64,000 nt of DNA from an uncultured delta proteobacterium (GTDB lineage: Bacteria; Myxococcota_A; Polyangia; Fen-1088), in the NCBI GenBank assembly GCA_963767925.1, contig CAVYGB010000002.1:832001-896000 (forward strand), in the 5' to 3' direction. A program made the position numbers and the translations under genes. Within the stretch, counting starts at the first letter, position 1; each line of letters begins with the position of its first letter. The notes below the pieces were generated by a model, which saw only the letters and a list, made by a program, of their open reading frames with translations, was not told the DNA's origin and did not search any database. Below are positions 19,046 through 28,030 of the stretch, piece after piece.

Positions 19046-19534
19046 TCACATCTCGTTCGGCGCCCCACCACCGGCCGGTGGACCGCCCGGGCCGGGAGGC
19101 AGCACCGGCACCGCCGCCGGTGACTCGACGTTGATCGCGAACTTGCGCACGCCCGCCCGCTTGACGAGGTCGATGACCCGCACGACGCTGCCGTGGGGGA
19201 CCACCTTGTCGGCGGCGATGATGGCCTGCAGATCGGGGTTCTTGGGCAGCTCGCCGCCGATGTAGCGGGTGACCGCCCCCTCGTCGCTCTTCTCCCCGTT
19301 GAGATACAGGTCGCCGTCTTTCGAGAGGGTCAGGGCGAGGGTGGTCTTGGCCTGCTCGCTGCCGGAGGCGGCCTTCGGCAGGTCGATCTTGATGGTCGGG
19401 TTGACGATGTAGGTCGTGGTCACCATGAAGACGATGAGGAGCACGAGGGTGATGTCGACCAGCGGCGTGACGTTGATGTCGACGATCCGCCGATCGCTGT
19501 CGTCGTCCGAAAATGCGTCCGCGCCGCCCGACAT
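19046..19534 (-). CDS. exbD: ExbD/TolR biopolymer transporter
   Basis: INVTPLVDITLVLLIVFMV, IAADK. Confidence 0.93.
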   Translation of the reverse strand: MSGGADAFSDDDSDRRIVDINVTPLVDITLVLLIVFMVTTTYIVNPTIKIDLPKAASGSEQAKTTLALTLSKDGDLYLNGEKSDEGAVTRYIGGELPKNPDLQAIIAADKVVPHGSVVRVIDLVKRAGVRKFAINVESPAAVPVLPPGPGGPPAGGGAPNEM

Positions 19535-19537
19535 CGA

Positions 19538-20185
19538 TCAGGCTCCGCGCCGTTCCAGGCCGCCGTCGCTGGCGGTCGAGGAGAGGATCAGATGTGCCAT
19601 CGTGTCGATCCGGCCCATGGTGCGGCGCACGCGCCCCTGGAAGATGTTGTAAGCGATGACGGCGGGGATGGCCACCAGCAGGCCCACCGCGGTGGCGACC
19701 AGCGCCTCGGAGATGCCGCGCATGACCACCGCCGCGCCGCCGCCCTGGTTCTGGGCCAGGTCGGCGAAGGAGCGGATGATGCCGAGCACGGTGCCGAACA
19801 GCCCGATGAAGGGGGCGTTGTTGCCCAGCGTGCCCAGCACGCCGAGCCGTTTTTCCAGGGACATGCGCTCGCGCGACTTGACGCTGGCCATGGCCTCCGC
19901 GGCCGCCTCGCGGCCCCGGCCGATCTCGGACAGCCCCACCAGGCCGACCCGCGCCTCGGGGGTGCCCGGGTCGCCGATCGCCTTGCGGGCCCCGGCGAGG
20001 TCCCCCTTGCCCAGCGTCTCGAGCAGGCGGGAGGCCAGCAGGTCGAGGTCGGCCAGGTTCCGGGGCAGGGCCAGCCCCCGCTCGACGATCACCGCCACCG
20101 ACAGCACCGACAGGAAGATGAGCAGCCAGAGGACCCATTCGGACCCCAGCAGCGTGAAGGCGAGCAAGCGTTCGGTGATTCTCAT
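19538..20185 (-). CDS. exbB: MotA/TolQ/ExbB proton channel
   Basis: APFIGLFGTVLGII, GISEALVATAVGLLVAIPA. Confidence 0.93.
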   Translation of the reverse strand: MRITERLLAFTLLGSEWVLWLLIFLSVLSVAVIVERGLALPRNLADLDLLASRLLETLGKGDLAGARKAIGDPGTPEARVGLVGLSEIGRGREAAAEAMASVKSRERMSLEKRLGVLGTLGNNAPFIGLFGTVLGIIRSFADLAQNQGGGAAVVMRGISEALVATAVGLLVAIPAVIAYNIFQGRVRRTMGRIDTMAHLILSSTASDGGLERRGA

Positions 20186-20261
20186 GGTGTCTCTCGAGCG
20201 GCGTGAAGCTGCCGCGGGGCCTGCAAAATTAGCATAGAAAGGACCTCCCGCGGTGGCGGCG

Positions 20262-21248
20262 TCATGGGGCGAGGAGGGCTTCGATCACCACGGTCGCGTA
20301 GGAGCCGGAGGGGAGGGAGAAGATCAGGCGGAGGCGGGCTTCGGGTTCGGTCTCGGCGGGAGGGGTGCCGAGGGTGACGGGGGCCACCACGGCGCGGCGG
20401 GCGCCGGGCAGGTCGCGGCCCAGGGGGGCCAGCTCCTCGCGGCGGACCCCGACCAGGGCGAGGGCCTCGTCCTCGAGGCGGCGGGCCTCGGTGCCCTCGG
20501 GCGGCTCGCGCTCGCGGTTGCCGGGCAGCGGGCCGGTGGGGACCACCTCGCCGGCGGCGACCCGCTCGGCGTCGCGCTGCAGGTCGTCGGTAATGAACAG
20601 CCCGCCGCTGTCCCGCTTCTGGAGGACATCCCCCTCGCGCAGCTTCAGCAGACCGCCGCTGGCCGCCCGCAGGTCGAGGGCGTGGTTGAACACCGCCGAC
20701 TGCAGGGCCGACAGCATGAACTGCCGCTTGCGGTGGTCGCGCTCGCGGCGCTCGCCCCGCAGCAGGGCCAGGGCGGTGGCCACGTTGTCCCCGGCGGCGC
20801 CGAAGCGCTGGTCGCCGAAGCGGTTGGGGACCCCCAGGCGGCCCAGCTCGAGCAGGCGGGCCGTCAGCCGCTCGGCCTCGGCCGGCTCGACCTGCTCGAG
20901 CACCACCTCGAAGCGGTTGCCCTTGTTGTGCCCGAGTCGGAGCTTGTTGCCGTGCCGCTCGGCGCGCAACACGCGCCAGTCCGGATCGCCGAGGGCCAGC
21001 GCCGCCTCCGGCGCCAGGCCGGGGACGCTGAGGAACTGGCGGGTGGTGGCGTGTCGGTCCTTCTGCCCCGCGAAGCCGACCTCCCGGTCATTGACCCCGG
21101 CGGCGCGGGCCACCCTGCGAGCGGCCTCCCCGGTGGTGAGCCCCCGCTTCTCGATCCAGAGGTAGGTGTGCTCACCGGCCCCGACGGGCTGGTAGGAGGG
21201 GATCTCCTCGACCACGAAGGTCTCGATGCGGGAGTTGAAGACGGCCAT
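20262..21248 (-). CDS. truD: tRNA pseudouridine(13) synthase
   Basis: FAGQKDRHATTRQ, GNRF, PNRFGDQRFG, SALQSAVFN, FSLPSGSYAT. Confidence 0.95.
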   Translation of the reverse strand: MAVFNSRIETFVVEEIPSYQPVGAGEHTYLWIEKRGLTTGEAARRVARAAGVNDREVGFAGQKDRHATTRQFLSVPGLAPEAALALGDPDWRVLRAERHGNKLRLGHNKGNRFEVVLEQVEPAEAERLTARLLELGRLGVPNRFGDQRFGAAGDNVATALALLRGERRERDHRKRQFMLSALQSAVFNHALDLRAASGGLLKLREGDVLQKRDSGGLFITDDLQRDAERVAAGEVVPTGPLPGNREREPPEGTEARRLEDEALALVGVRREELAPLGRDLPGARRAVVAPVTLGTPPAETEPEARLRLIFSLPSGSYATVVIEALLAP

Positions 21249-21369
21249 GAAGAGGACCTCGTGGGCGAAGGGGCGGATGGGTGTGCAGACGGCCGGGGCC
21301 GATTTTACAGGTAACCGGGTTCTGTCGCTGCGCTCGGGCGCGACTGGAGCACCGAAGGTTCACTGCGGA

Positions 21370-21497
21370 GCCCCTTCACCCTTCGCTCGCGCCGCGCAGC
21401 GGGGCGAGGCGAACGGCAGCGGGGAGCCCGCGCGGAAGGTGATCGGTGCAACCAGCCGCTGTTCGCCCTCGCCCCGCGCAGCGGGGAGAGGGAGGGG
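21370..21497. repeat. Inverted pair of REP-like palindromes
   Basis: CGCGCAGCGGGGCGAGGCGAAC followed by GTTCGCCCTCGCCCCGCGCAGCGGGGAGAGGG. Confidence 0.6.
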
Positions 21498-21500
21498 CGA

Positions 21501-21665
21501 CTAGTCCCCTGGAACGGTGATTTCTTGCATATCTCGCCGGTCCTCTTCGTCCCTGGCTGCGTTGCTCGTCGGTTACATACGCCCGGTATTCGCCCTCCTC
21601 GCGCCTTGCCAGGAACGAAGATGCCTCGCCGACATATGCAAGCCTTCACCGTTCCAGGGGACTAG
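21501..21665. mobile_element. 165-bp MITE-like interspersed repeat, copy 2 (intact ends)
   Basis: Perfect 20-bp terminal inverted repeat CTAGTCCCCTGGAACGGTGA/TCACCGTTCCAGGGGACTAG, extending imperfectly inward. Confidence 0.88.
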
Positions 21666-21682
21666 CAGCCCGTTGACGGCTG

Positions 21683-22444
21683 CTAGTTGCGGCTCTTGCG
21701 GATGGAGCGGGTGGTGGGGGCGGCGGCGGTGGCGTGGCCGCCGCTCTTGACCAGGGCCAGGTACATCTTGGCGAACTTGTTGCCGGGCTGGATCTGCATC
21801 ACCTCGCGCCACTCGCGGGCGGCGTCCTCGTGTTTGCCGGCGGCGAAGTAGGTCATGCCCAGCTCGAGGCGGGGACCGGCCAGCTTGCCGTTCTCCTTCT
21901 TGACCCGCTCGAACTCGCGCGTCGCCGCCAGCAGGTCGCCCGAGGAGCGGTAGGCCGCCCCCAGCTTGTTGCGGATGTCGACGTAGCTGGGGCAGAGGGT
22001 GAGGGCGCGCTGGAACTCGTGGATGGCCTCGCGCAGCAGCCCCGCCTCGGCGTAGGCCACCGCCAGGTCGGCGTGCATGTTGGCGATCTTGCCCTTGACG
22101 TAGGGGTCGACGGTGGAGGGCGTGGTCATCGCCTTGCGGGCGGCGAGCATCTTCTTCTCGACCTCGCGCGCCTCCTTGTAGTTGCCCTGCTCGTTGTAGG
22201 TGACGGCCAGGTTGATGGCCGCCTCGGTGTAGCCCGGGTTGAGGGCCAGGGCCTCCTCGAACATGGCCTGGGCCTTCTTGTTGAGCCCCTTGTGGGCGTA
22301 GATCACGCCGAGCATCTGGTACACGTCGGCGAAGGGCTGGCGGTCGCGCACGAGCTGCACGAGGCACCGCTCCGCCTTGTCGTAATCGTTGATCGCATAG
22401 TGCTCGCGCCCACGTCGCAGGAGGCGCCGCGTGCGATCATCCAT
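21683..22444 (-). CDS. Tetratricopeptide repeat protein
   Basis: TPR motifs (ALALNPGYTEAAINLA, CPSYVDIRNKLG). Confidence 0.88.
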   Translation of the reverse strand: MDDRTRRLLRRGREHYAINDYDKAERCLVQLVRDRQPFADVYQMLGVIYAHKGLNKKAQAMFEEALALNPGYTEAAINLAVTYNEQGNYKEAREVEKKMLAARKAMTTPSTVDPYVKGKIANMHADLAVAYAEAGLLREAIHEFQRALTLCPSYVDIRNKLGAAYRSSGDLLAATREFERVKKENGKLAGPRLELGMTYFAAGKHEDAAREWREVMQIQPGNKFAKMYLALVKSGGHATAAAPTTRSIRKSRN

Positions 22445-23378
22445 TCGCCGCGGTCCCGTCCGGCGGCGCCTCGGGTGCCGCGTCCTTGGGGCTGTCGCCG
22501 TACCGCTGCCGGATGAACTCGATGTAGAGCTGCGCGCGCTGGGCCTGCAAAGCCCTGCCATGTTCCTTGACCACCCGCTGGAAAGTCGTGCGGGCCATCA
22601 GGGTGTTGCCCATCTCGAGGTGGGTCTGCCCAAGCACGAGCAGCAGCTCCGCCTCGCGCCCCGACTCCGGGTAGCGGCGGATGGCCTGCTCGATGCGCAG
22701 CACGGCCGCCCGGGGATGGCCGGTGTCGAGGTAAAAGCGGGCCACGTAGACCTCGTGCTCGATGAGGCGAGCCATCACCTGCTGGCGCAGCTTCTTCACG
22801 TCGACGACGTGTTTGGAGTCGGGGTACTTGTCGAGGAAGTCGGACAGCTCGCGGAAGGCGTCGCGGACGGCGGTCTGGTCCTTCTCGAAGGCGGGCGGCA
22901 CCAGGAACCAGTCGCCCGGCATCTCCTGCACGTAGCAGTCGGCGATCTTGAAGGCGACGTAGCCGTCCTCCACCTTCTCGTGGGTGGGGTGCAGGCGGGC
23001 GAACGTCTTGTAGGCGTCGATCGCCTCCTGGAAGCTGGCCCGTTCGTACTGGGTGTCGGCCAGGGCCAGCTCGGCGAGGACGGCGTAGCGGGAGAAGGGG
23101 AACTTCTGCTTGACGAAGGAGAAGTAGCGGGTGGCCTCGGCGAAGTTCTCGTCCTTCAGCTCCTCGAGCCCCTTGTCGTAGTTCTGCTTGGCGGTGAGCG
23201 AATAGGTGACGCCCTTGCCGTCCTCGTCGGCGGTCGCGCACCCGCCCGCGCCGGGGGCCAGCGCCAGCACGGCGAGGAGGGCGCCGAGGGCGAACGCCTG
23301 CCGCCGGTCCGGTCCCGCGATCGGGCCCCGGCTAGGTTGCCCCTGACTCGTTCCTGCTCCCTGTGACTGATTCTTCAC
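22437..23378 (-). CDS. bamD: Outer membrane protein assembly factor BamD (start uncertain)
   Basis: Lipobox-like AGGC, FPFSRYA, HPTH, DQTAVRDA, YPDSKH, HEVYVARFY. Confidence 0.9.
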   Translation of the reverse strand: MKNQSQGAGTSQGQPSRGPIAGPDRRQAFALGALLAVLALAPGAGGCATADEDGKGVTYSLTAKQNYDKGLEELKDENFAEATRYFSFVKQKFPFSRYAVLAELALADTQYERASFQEAIDAYKTFARLHPTHEKVEDGYVAFKIADCYVQEMPGDWFLVPPAFEKDQTAVRDAFRELSDFLDKYPDSKHVVDVKKLRQQVMARLIEHEVYVARFYLDTGHPRAAVLRIEQAIRRYPESGREAELLLVLGQTHLEMGNTLMARTTFQRVVKEHGRALQAQRAQLYIEFIRQRYGDSPKDAAPEAPPDGTAANG

Positions 23379-23503
23379 CGATCAGGTATCCTATAATCGG
23401 CATGTCCTTCCGTCCATGGGCTCGTACCGGCGCTTTCCCGAGCGGGAACGCCGGCTTGGTCAACGGTCCGGGCGCCCGCTCGGGTGCCCCCCTGGCCAGC
23501 ACC

Positions 23504-24280
23504 ATGGCCACTTTGGCGCGCGGGCCGGGCGGGGGGTGGCGCGGCGGCGCGGGCGGGCTGCTCGCGCTCGGGCTGCTCGCCGCCTGTGCCTCCTCCGGAC
23601 GCAGCGCGGGGCCGCCCGCCTCGGACGTGACCGTGGTCCGGCACGTCGATCGGGTCGACCCCAATCCGCCCGCCGTCCGCCTGGCCGGCTCGCGCTGCGA
23701 GACCCCGGGCAGCGACGGCGCCTGTGCCTGCCGCCAGCCCGGCGACGAGGGGGAGAAGGAGCCACCGGCCGAGGGGAACAAGCGCCTCGAGATCCGCCTG
23801 TCGGTCGACGAGGGCGAGGGCGTGCTCGAGTCGCCGACGATGGGCCGGCTCGCCGCCAGCGGGCTGCGTGAGACCTGTTATTACCTGGACGTGCCCGCCG
23901 GCAGCAAGGCGGGGTTCAACTTCGTGGCCCGCGCCGCCCGCCCCGAGCGGGGCTTCACCCCCCGACTGACCATCTCGGAGTACGGCCCGTCAGGACCCTT
24001 CTGGTACGAGATCTTCGCCCTCGAGTGCGCCGGTGTGTCCGGGCGCTGCGACCGGCCGGGGGCCGACGCCTGGGGTGCCCGCATCAAGAACAACCGGAAA
24101 CGGGGGCGCAACGATCCGTGCGGTTCCCTGGTGGTGACGGGCCTGGGCTGGGAGACCACGGGTGGGCAGCACGAGCGCGACGCCGGGTATTACCGGGACT
24201 TTGTCGTGCGCTTCGACATCGAGGTGAAAAAGTTCGCCACCCAGTTCGCTCCCCACTCGACCGAGTGCGTTCCGAAGTAG
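23504..24280 (+). CDS. Cys-rich hypothetical lipoprotein
   Basis: LLAAC lipobox; several Cys pairs; coding-like GC3. Confidence 0.65.
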   Translation: MATLARGPGGGWRGGAGGLLALGLLAACASSGRSAGPPASDVTVVRHVDRVDPNPPAVRLAGSRCETPGSDGACACRQPGDEGEKEPPAEGNKRLEIRLSVDEGEGVLESPTMGRLAASGLRETCYYLDVPAGSKAGFNFVARAARPERGFTPRLTISEYGPSGPFWYEIFALECAGVSGRCDRPGADAWGARIKNNRKRGRNDPCGSLVVTGLGWETTGGQHERDAGYYRDFVVRFDIEVKKFATQFAPHSTECVPK

Positions 24281-24297
24281 TAAATCGAGCGCACGGC

Positions 24298-26121
24298 ATG
24301 AGGCTTCATCTCATCGGCATCGCGGGCACCGGTATGGGCTCTTTGGCCGGCCTGCTCCGGGCGGCCGGGCACGAGGTCCGCGGCTCGGACGAACACGTCT
24401 ACCCGCCGATGTCGACCCAGCTCGCCGACCAGGGCATCGAGATCTTCCAGGGGTTCGCGGCGGCGAACCTGGACTGGAACCCCGACCGCATCGTCGTGGG
24501 CAACGTGTGCCGGCGCGACCACATCGAGGTGCAGGCGGCCCAGCAGCGAAACATCCCCCTCACCTCCTTCCCGGCCCTGCTGTCCGAGCTGTTCCTGCAG
24601 CAGCGGCGCTCGGTGGTGATCTCGGGCACCCACGGCAAGACCACCACCTCGTCGCTGATGGCCCACGCCCTCCAGGAGGCGGGGCGCGACCCGTCGTTCC
24701 TGATCGGGGGGGTGCCGCTCAACTTCCGGCAATCGTGGCGCCTCGGCGAGGGGGAGGACTTCGTGGTCGAGGGCGACGAATACGACACCGCCTTCTTCGA
24801 CAAGAAGTCCAAGTTCCTGCACTACCGCCCCCAGATCGTCATCCTGACCTCGGTCGAGTTCGACCACGCCGACATCTTCCGCGACGAGGCCCACGTCAAG
24901 GACGCCTTCCGCGAGTTCGTCGAGCTCATCCCCTCGGGCGGCGACCTCGTGGTGTGCGCCTCCTCGCCGGGCGCGCTCGAGGTGGCCAAGTCGGCCCGCT
25001 GCCGGGTCACCACCTACTCGCGCCCCGGCTTCCCCGCCGACTGGACCTTCGAGACCAGCGGCCAGGCCAAGGGCGGGCGCACCGAGATGCGCATCGTTCG
25101 CAAGGGGACGGTGAGCGGCGCGGTCGAGACCGGGCTGCCGGGCGATTACAACCTCGAGAACCTGCTGGGGGTCATCGTCGCCGCCAACTGCATCGGCGTG
25201 CCCCTGCCGATGCTGGCCCGGGCCAGCCAGCGGTTCCTGGGGATCAAGCGCCGCCAGGAGTTCCGGGGCATCGCCAACGGCGTCACCGTCATCGACGACT
25301 TCGCCCACCACCCCACCGCCGTGCGCGAGACCCTGGGCGCCCTGCAGGGGCGCTTCGGCCCGGGCAAGCTGTTCGCCTGCTTCGAGCCGCGTTCGGCCAC
25401 CAGCCGGCGGTCGGTCTTCCAGACCGAGTTCGCCCAGGCCCTGGCCGTCGCCGACGAGGTTGTGCTGGCGCCGCTCTACGCCCCGGAGAAGATCCCGGTC
25501 GCCGAGCGCCTCGACATCGACCGGCTGGCCGCCGACCTGCGCGCCCGCGACGTGCCCGCCCGGGTGGCCCCCTCGGTGGAGGACACGGTGAACCACCTCG
25601 CCGATCGGGCCGGCCCCGGCGACACGGTGGTGGTGATGAGCTCGGGCGACTACGGCGGCCTGCACGACAAGCTGCTGGCCAAGCTGGGCGATCCGGTGCG
25701 CCCGGCCCGCCTGCAGGACAAGACCGGCCTCAGCGGGCTGCTCAACCGGGTCGGCATCAGCCACCCCCTGCTGCACCAGTTCTGGCCGTTTTACCTGGTG
25801 ATCCCCGCCCCCGACTCGGTGATCGGCTGCGTGTGCCTGGAGCGGGTGGAGGACGTGGCCTTGCTGCGCATGCTGGCCGTCACCCCCGAGCGCCGGGGCG
25901 AGGGCCTGGGCTACCTGCTCGTCGACACCGCCGCCAACAAGGCCCGCGCCGAGGGCGTGCGCCGCCTGTACCTGGTGACCGACGGCGCCCAGGGCTACTT
26001 CGGCGAGAAGCTCGGCTTCGAGACCATCGACCGCAAGGACGTCGACTCGGCCATCGCCAACACCCTCGAGTTCCAGATGGCCCGCTCGAAGACCGCCACC
26101 TGGATGCGCAAGGTCCTTTAG
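24298..26121 (+). CDS. mpl: Murein peptide ligase Mpl/MurC-like fused to a C-terminal GNAT acetyltransferase
   Basis: IGIAGTGMG, YPPMSTQL, GTHGKTTT, EGDEYDTAFFDK, EFDHADIF, DDFAHHPTA, EPRSAT; tail LRMLAVTPERRGEGLG...LYLVT. Confidence 0.88.
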   Translation: MRLHLIGIAGTGMGSLAGLLRAAGHEVRGSDEHVYPPMSTQLADQGIEIFQGFAAANLDWNPDRIVVGNVCRRDHIEVQAAQQRNIPLTSFPALLSELFLQQRRSVVISGTHGKTTTSSLMAHALQEAGRDPSFLIGGVPLNFRQSWRLGEGEDFVVEGDEYDTAFFDKKSKFLHYRPQIVILTSVEFDHADIFRDEAHVKDAFREFVELIPSGGDLVVCASSPGALEVAKSARCRVTTYSRPGFPADWTFETSGQAKGGRTEMRIVRKGTVSGAVETGLPGDYNLENLLGVIVAANCIGVPLPMLARASQRFLGIKRRQEFRGIANGVTVIDDFAHHPTAVRETLGALQGRFGPGKLFACFEPRSATSRRSVFQTEFAQALAVADEVVLAPLYAPEKIPVAERLDIDRLAADLRARDVPARVAPSVEDTVNHLADRAGPGDTVVVMSSGDYGGLHDKLLAKLGDPVRPARLQDKTGLSGLLNRVGISHPLLHQFWPFYLVIPAPDSVIGCVCLERVEDVALLRMLAVTPERRGEGLGYLLVDTAANKARAEGVRRLYLVTDGAQGYFGEKLGFETIDRKDVDSAIANTLEFQMARSKTATWMRKVL

Positions 26122-26542
26122 GGGCCGTGGACAAGGCGACGCTCCGGTTAGGCCCGTCTGACCGCACCGGCCGAGTAGCGTGCTGGGCACCATGCAGCGG
26201 TACGTGATGTTCTCGTGGTGCCGCAGGTGGGTGCGCCGCATGGGCCTCGACGTATCGGTAGAACCCGGCGTCCGCCAAGATCCTTTTCATCGCCCGGTAG
26301 TACAGGCGGCGCTGCGCCGCAGCTGCTGATGCCTGACGAACAGGTCCTCCTGCTCCTCGCCTCGTTTTCCCAAGGCCATGGCGGCATCGTGCAGGAGTCG
26401 AGATCCGTCGTCGATCTCGATCAGGCGTTCAGTACCACGTCGACCCGCCACCCGGCCTCACGTGCCGCAATGTCGCCCAGCATGCCCATCGACCGGTGCA
26501 TTCAGACGGGCCAGACCGGACCGTCACTTTGTCCACGGGCTG
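26121..26542. mobile_element. About 420-bp non-autonomous element with long imperfect terminal inverted repeats
   Basis: About 85-bp inverted repeats (CCGTGGACAA...GGCCCGTCTGA...GCACCGG...TGCTGGGC...ACGTGA); TTA on both sides. Confidence 0.7.
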
Positions 26543-26549
26543 TTAGGGC

Positions 26550-27776
26550 CTAACCGACGAGCGCATAGCTCTCGATCCACTCGATTCCGCTTCGCACGAC
26601 CGGCGACGCGTTGACCACGTACACAGTGGCTTTTGTTGCCCAGGCAACACGAACCACGACATAGAGCAACGCGTGGAGGTAGCTCTGGCTGAAGACGGAC
26701 CAGTTCATGAAATCGAGCGCGACAGGTTCTCCCAGAGATACGCGCGGGAGCAGCGTGCCTTTGGCGAAGTCCACCGCCGCACGGGTGTCCTCACTTGCCA
26801 CCGAGACCAAGAATCGCGGAACCGCAGGCGGAAAGGAGTCAGCAAAATTCACGACGCCGCTCGTGACACGACCAGGAAGTTGAGCATCGGCGTTTCTCTT
26901 GATTGCCGTGAAAATTTCGCGGAAGTCGCCGAGGCTGTCGAGGATGCACTCGAAGACCACCAGCGTTCCGGGGAAGCCACCGTGATCCAGGAACGTCGCA
27001 CGATCCTTGGGCGAAGGCAGATCACGCCTCAGCAAAGCATCGCCACGGGAAGCCAGGAGAAATGACCCACCGGTCATCTTGGCGAGCTCTGACAGGACGT
27101 ACAGCCCAAGCCCAGCGTTTTCCATGGTCCCCGTTTGGCCCTCCGGAAACGTCCCGGAGAAGTGAGGCAGCAAGGACTTCTGGAGAGCGGTCTGAACGTC
27201 AGTGATACCGGGGTGATGCCGTCTTCCGGTCAGCGCCTGGAAAAGGCCGATGCCAGCGTCACCGACGGCGACTTGTACCCTGCGGGAGACTCCGGGGCGA
27301 TCGATGACCTGCGCAGCTACGACTCCACCAAGTCGATCTTCACTATGCTGGACGACGTTTCGGAGCAACTCGATGATGACGTACTTCACGGCATCGAACG
27401 TGGGGGTACCGATCCCTCCCGTTACGAGCCGAGCGATCTCCCGGGCAAGTGGCGCGCGGTCGGGTAGCTCCATCTCGTTCGCTTGGTTCCAGCCGAATCT
27501 TGCCAGGGTCACGCTCCGGTCTGGCTCGACCGCGATCTTTGGGGGGGTCCCCTCGACGACGCTCGCCAACCCCACAGCGTGTGCAAATTTCGAGAACCCA
27601 TCTTCGCCGGCGACGACCTGCATGGGCGACGACTGATCACGCCGCGCTACCGTCGCCAGTGCGACCAGGACGTAGATATCAGCGCCTACGATCTCCTCCA
27701 GGTGCTTCGGCTGACGGTTGTCGTTCAGCCACCGCAGGAATTGCGCTGCATCGGTCAGCGAGAAGTAGTGGCTCAC
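26550..27776 (-). CDS. GHKL/HATPase-domain protein with STAS-like (DUF4325-like) C-terminus
   Basis: IELLRNVVQHS, VGDAGIGL, NAGLGL, FPGTLV; C-terminal VALDF..SQSYLHAL; visibly lower GC than its flanks. Confidence 0.75.
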   Translation of the reverse strand: MSHYFSLTDAAQFLRWLNDNRQPKHLEEIVGADIYVLVALATVARRDQSSPMQVVAGEDGFSKFAHAVGLASVVEGTPPKIAVEPDRSVTLARFGWNQANEMELPDRAPLAREIARLVTGGIGTPTFDAVKYVIIELLRNVVQHSEDRLGGVVAAQVIDRPGVSRRVQVAVGDAGIGLFQALTGRRHHPGITDVQTALQKSLLPHFSGTFPEGQTGTMENAGLGLYVLSELAKMTGGSFLLASRGDALLRRDLPSPKDRATFLDHGGFPGTLVVFECILDSLGDFREIFTAIKRNADAQLPGRVTSGVVNFADSFPPAVPRFLVSVASEDTRAAVDFAKGTLLPRVSLGEPVALDFMNWSVFSQSYLHALLYVVVRVAWATKATVYVVNASPVVRSGIEWIESYALVG

Positions 27777-28030
27777 GGTGTACCTCGAATCATCGAGCCT
27801 ACTCTGGTTCGACGCGACAAGAGAACGTATCCGAGACGGAATTGGACTCGCGCGTCAATGCCGAGCCTACTATCCGGACAACGACCGGCGACCATCTGGC
27901 GGCCACGATCTTGGCGACTGCGGTGGGGCGATGGGCCGCTGGCCTCTAGCCAGGCTCTCTTGAGACAGCGAAAACGTTTGCCGGTAAGCTGCGGCTCCTC
28001 GCCCCGCAAGCGAGGAGGGAGTACCGCACC

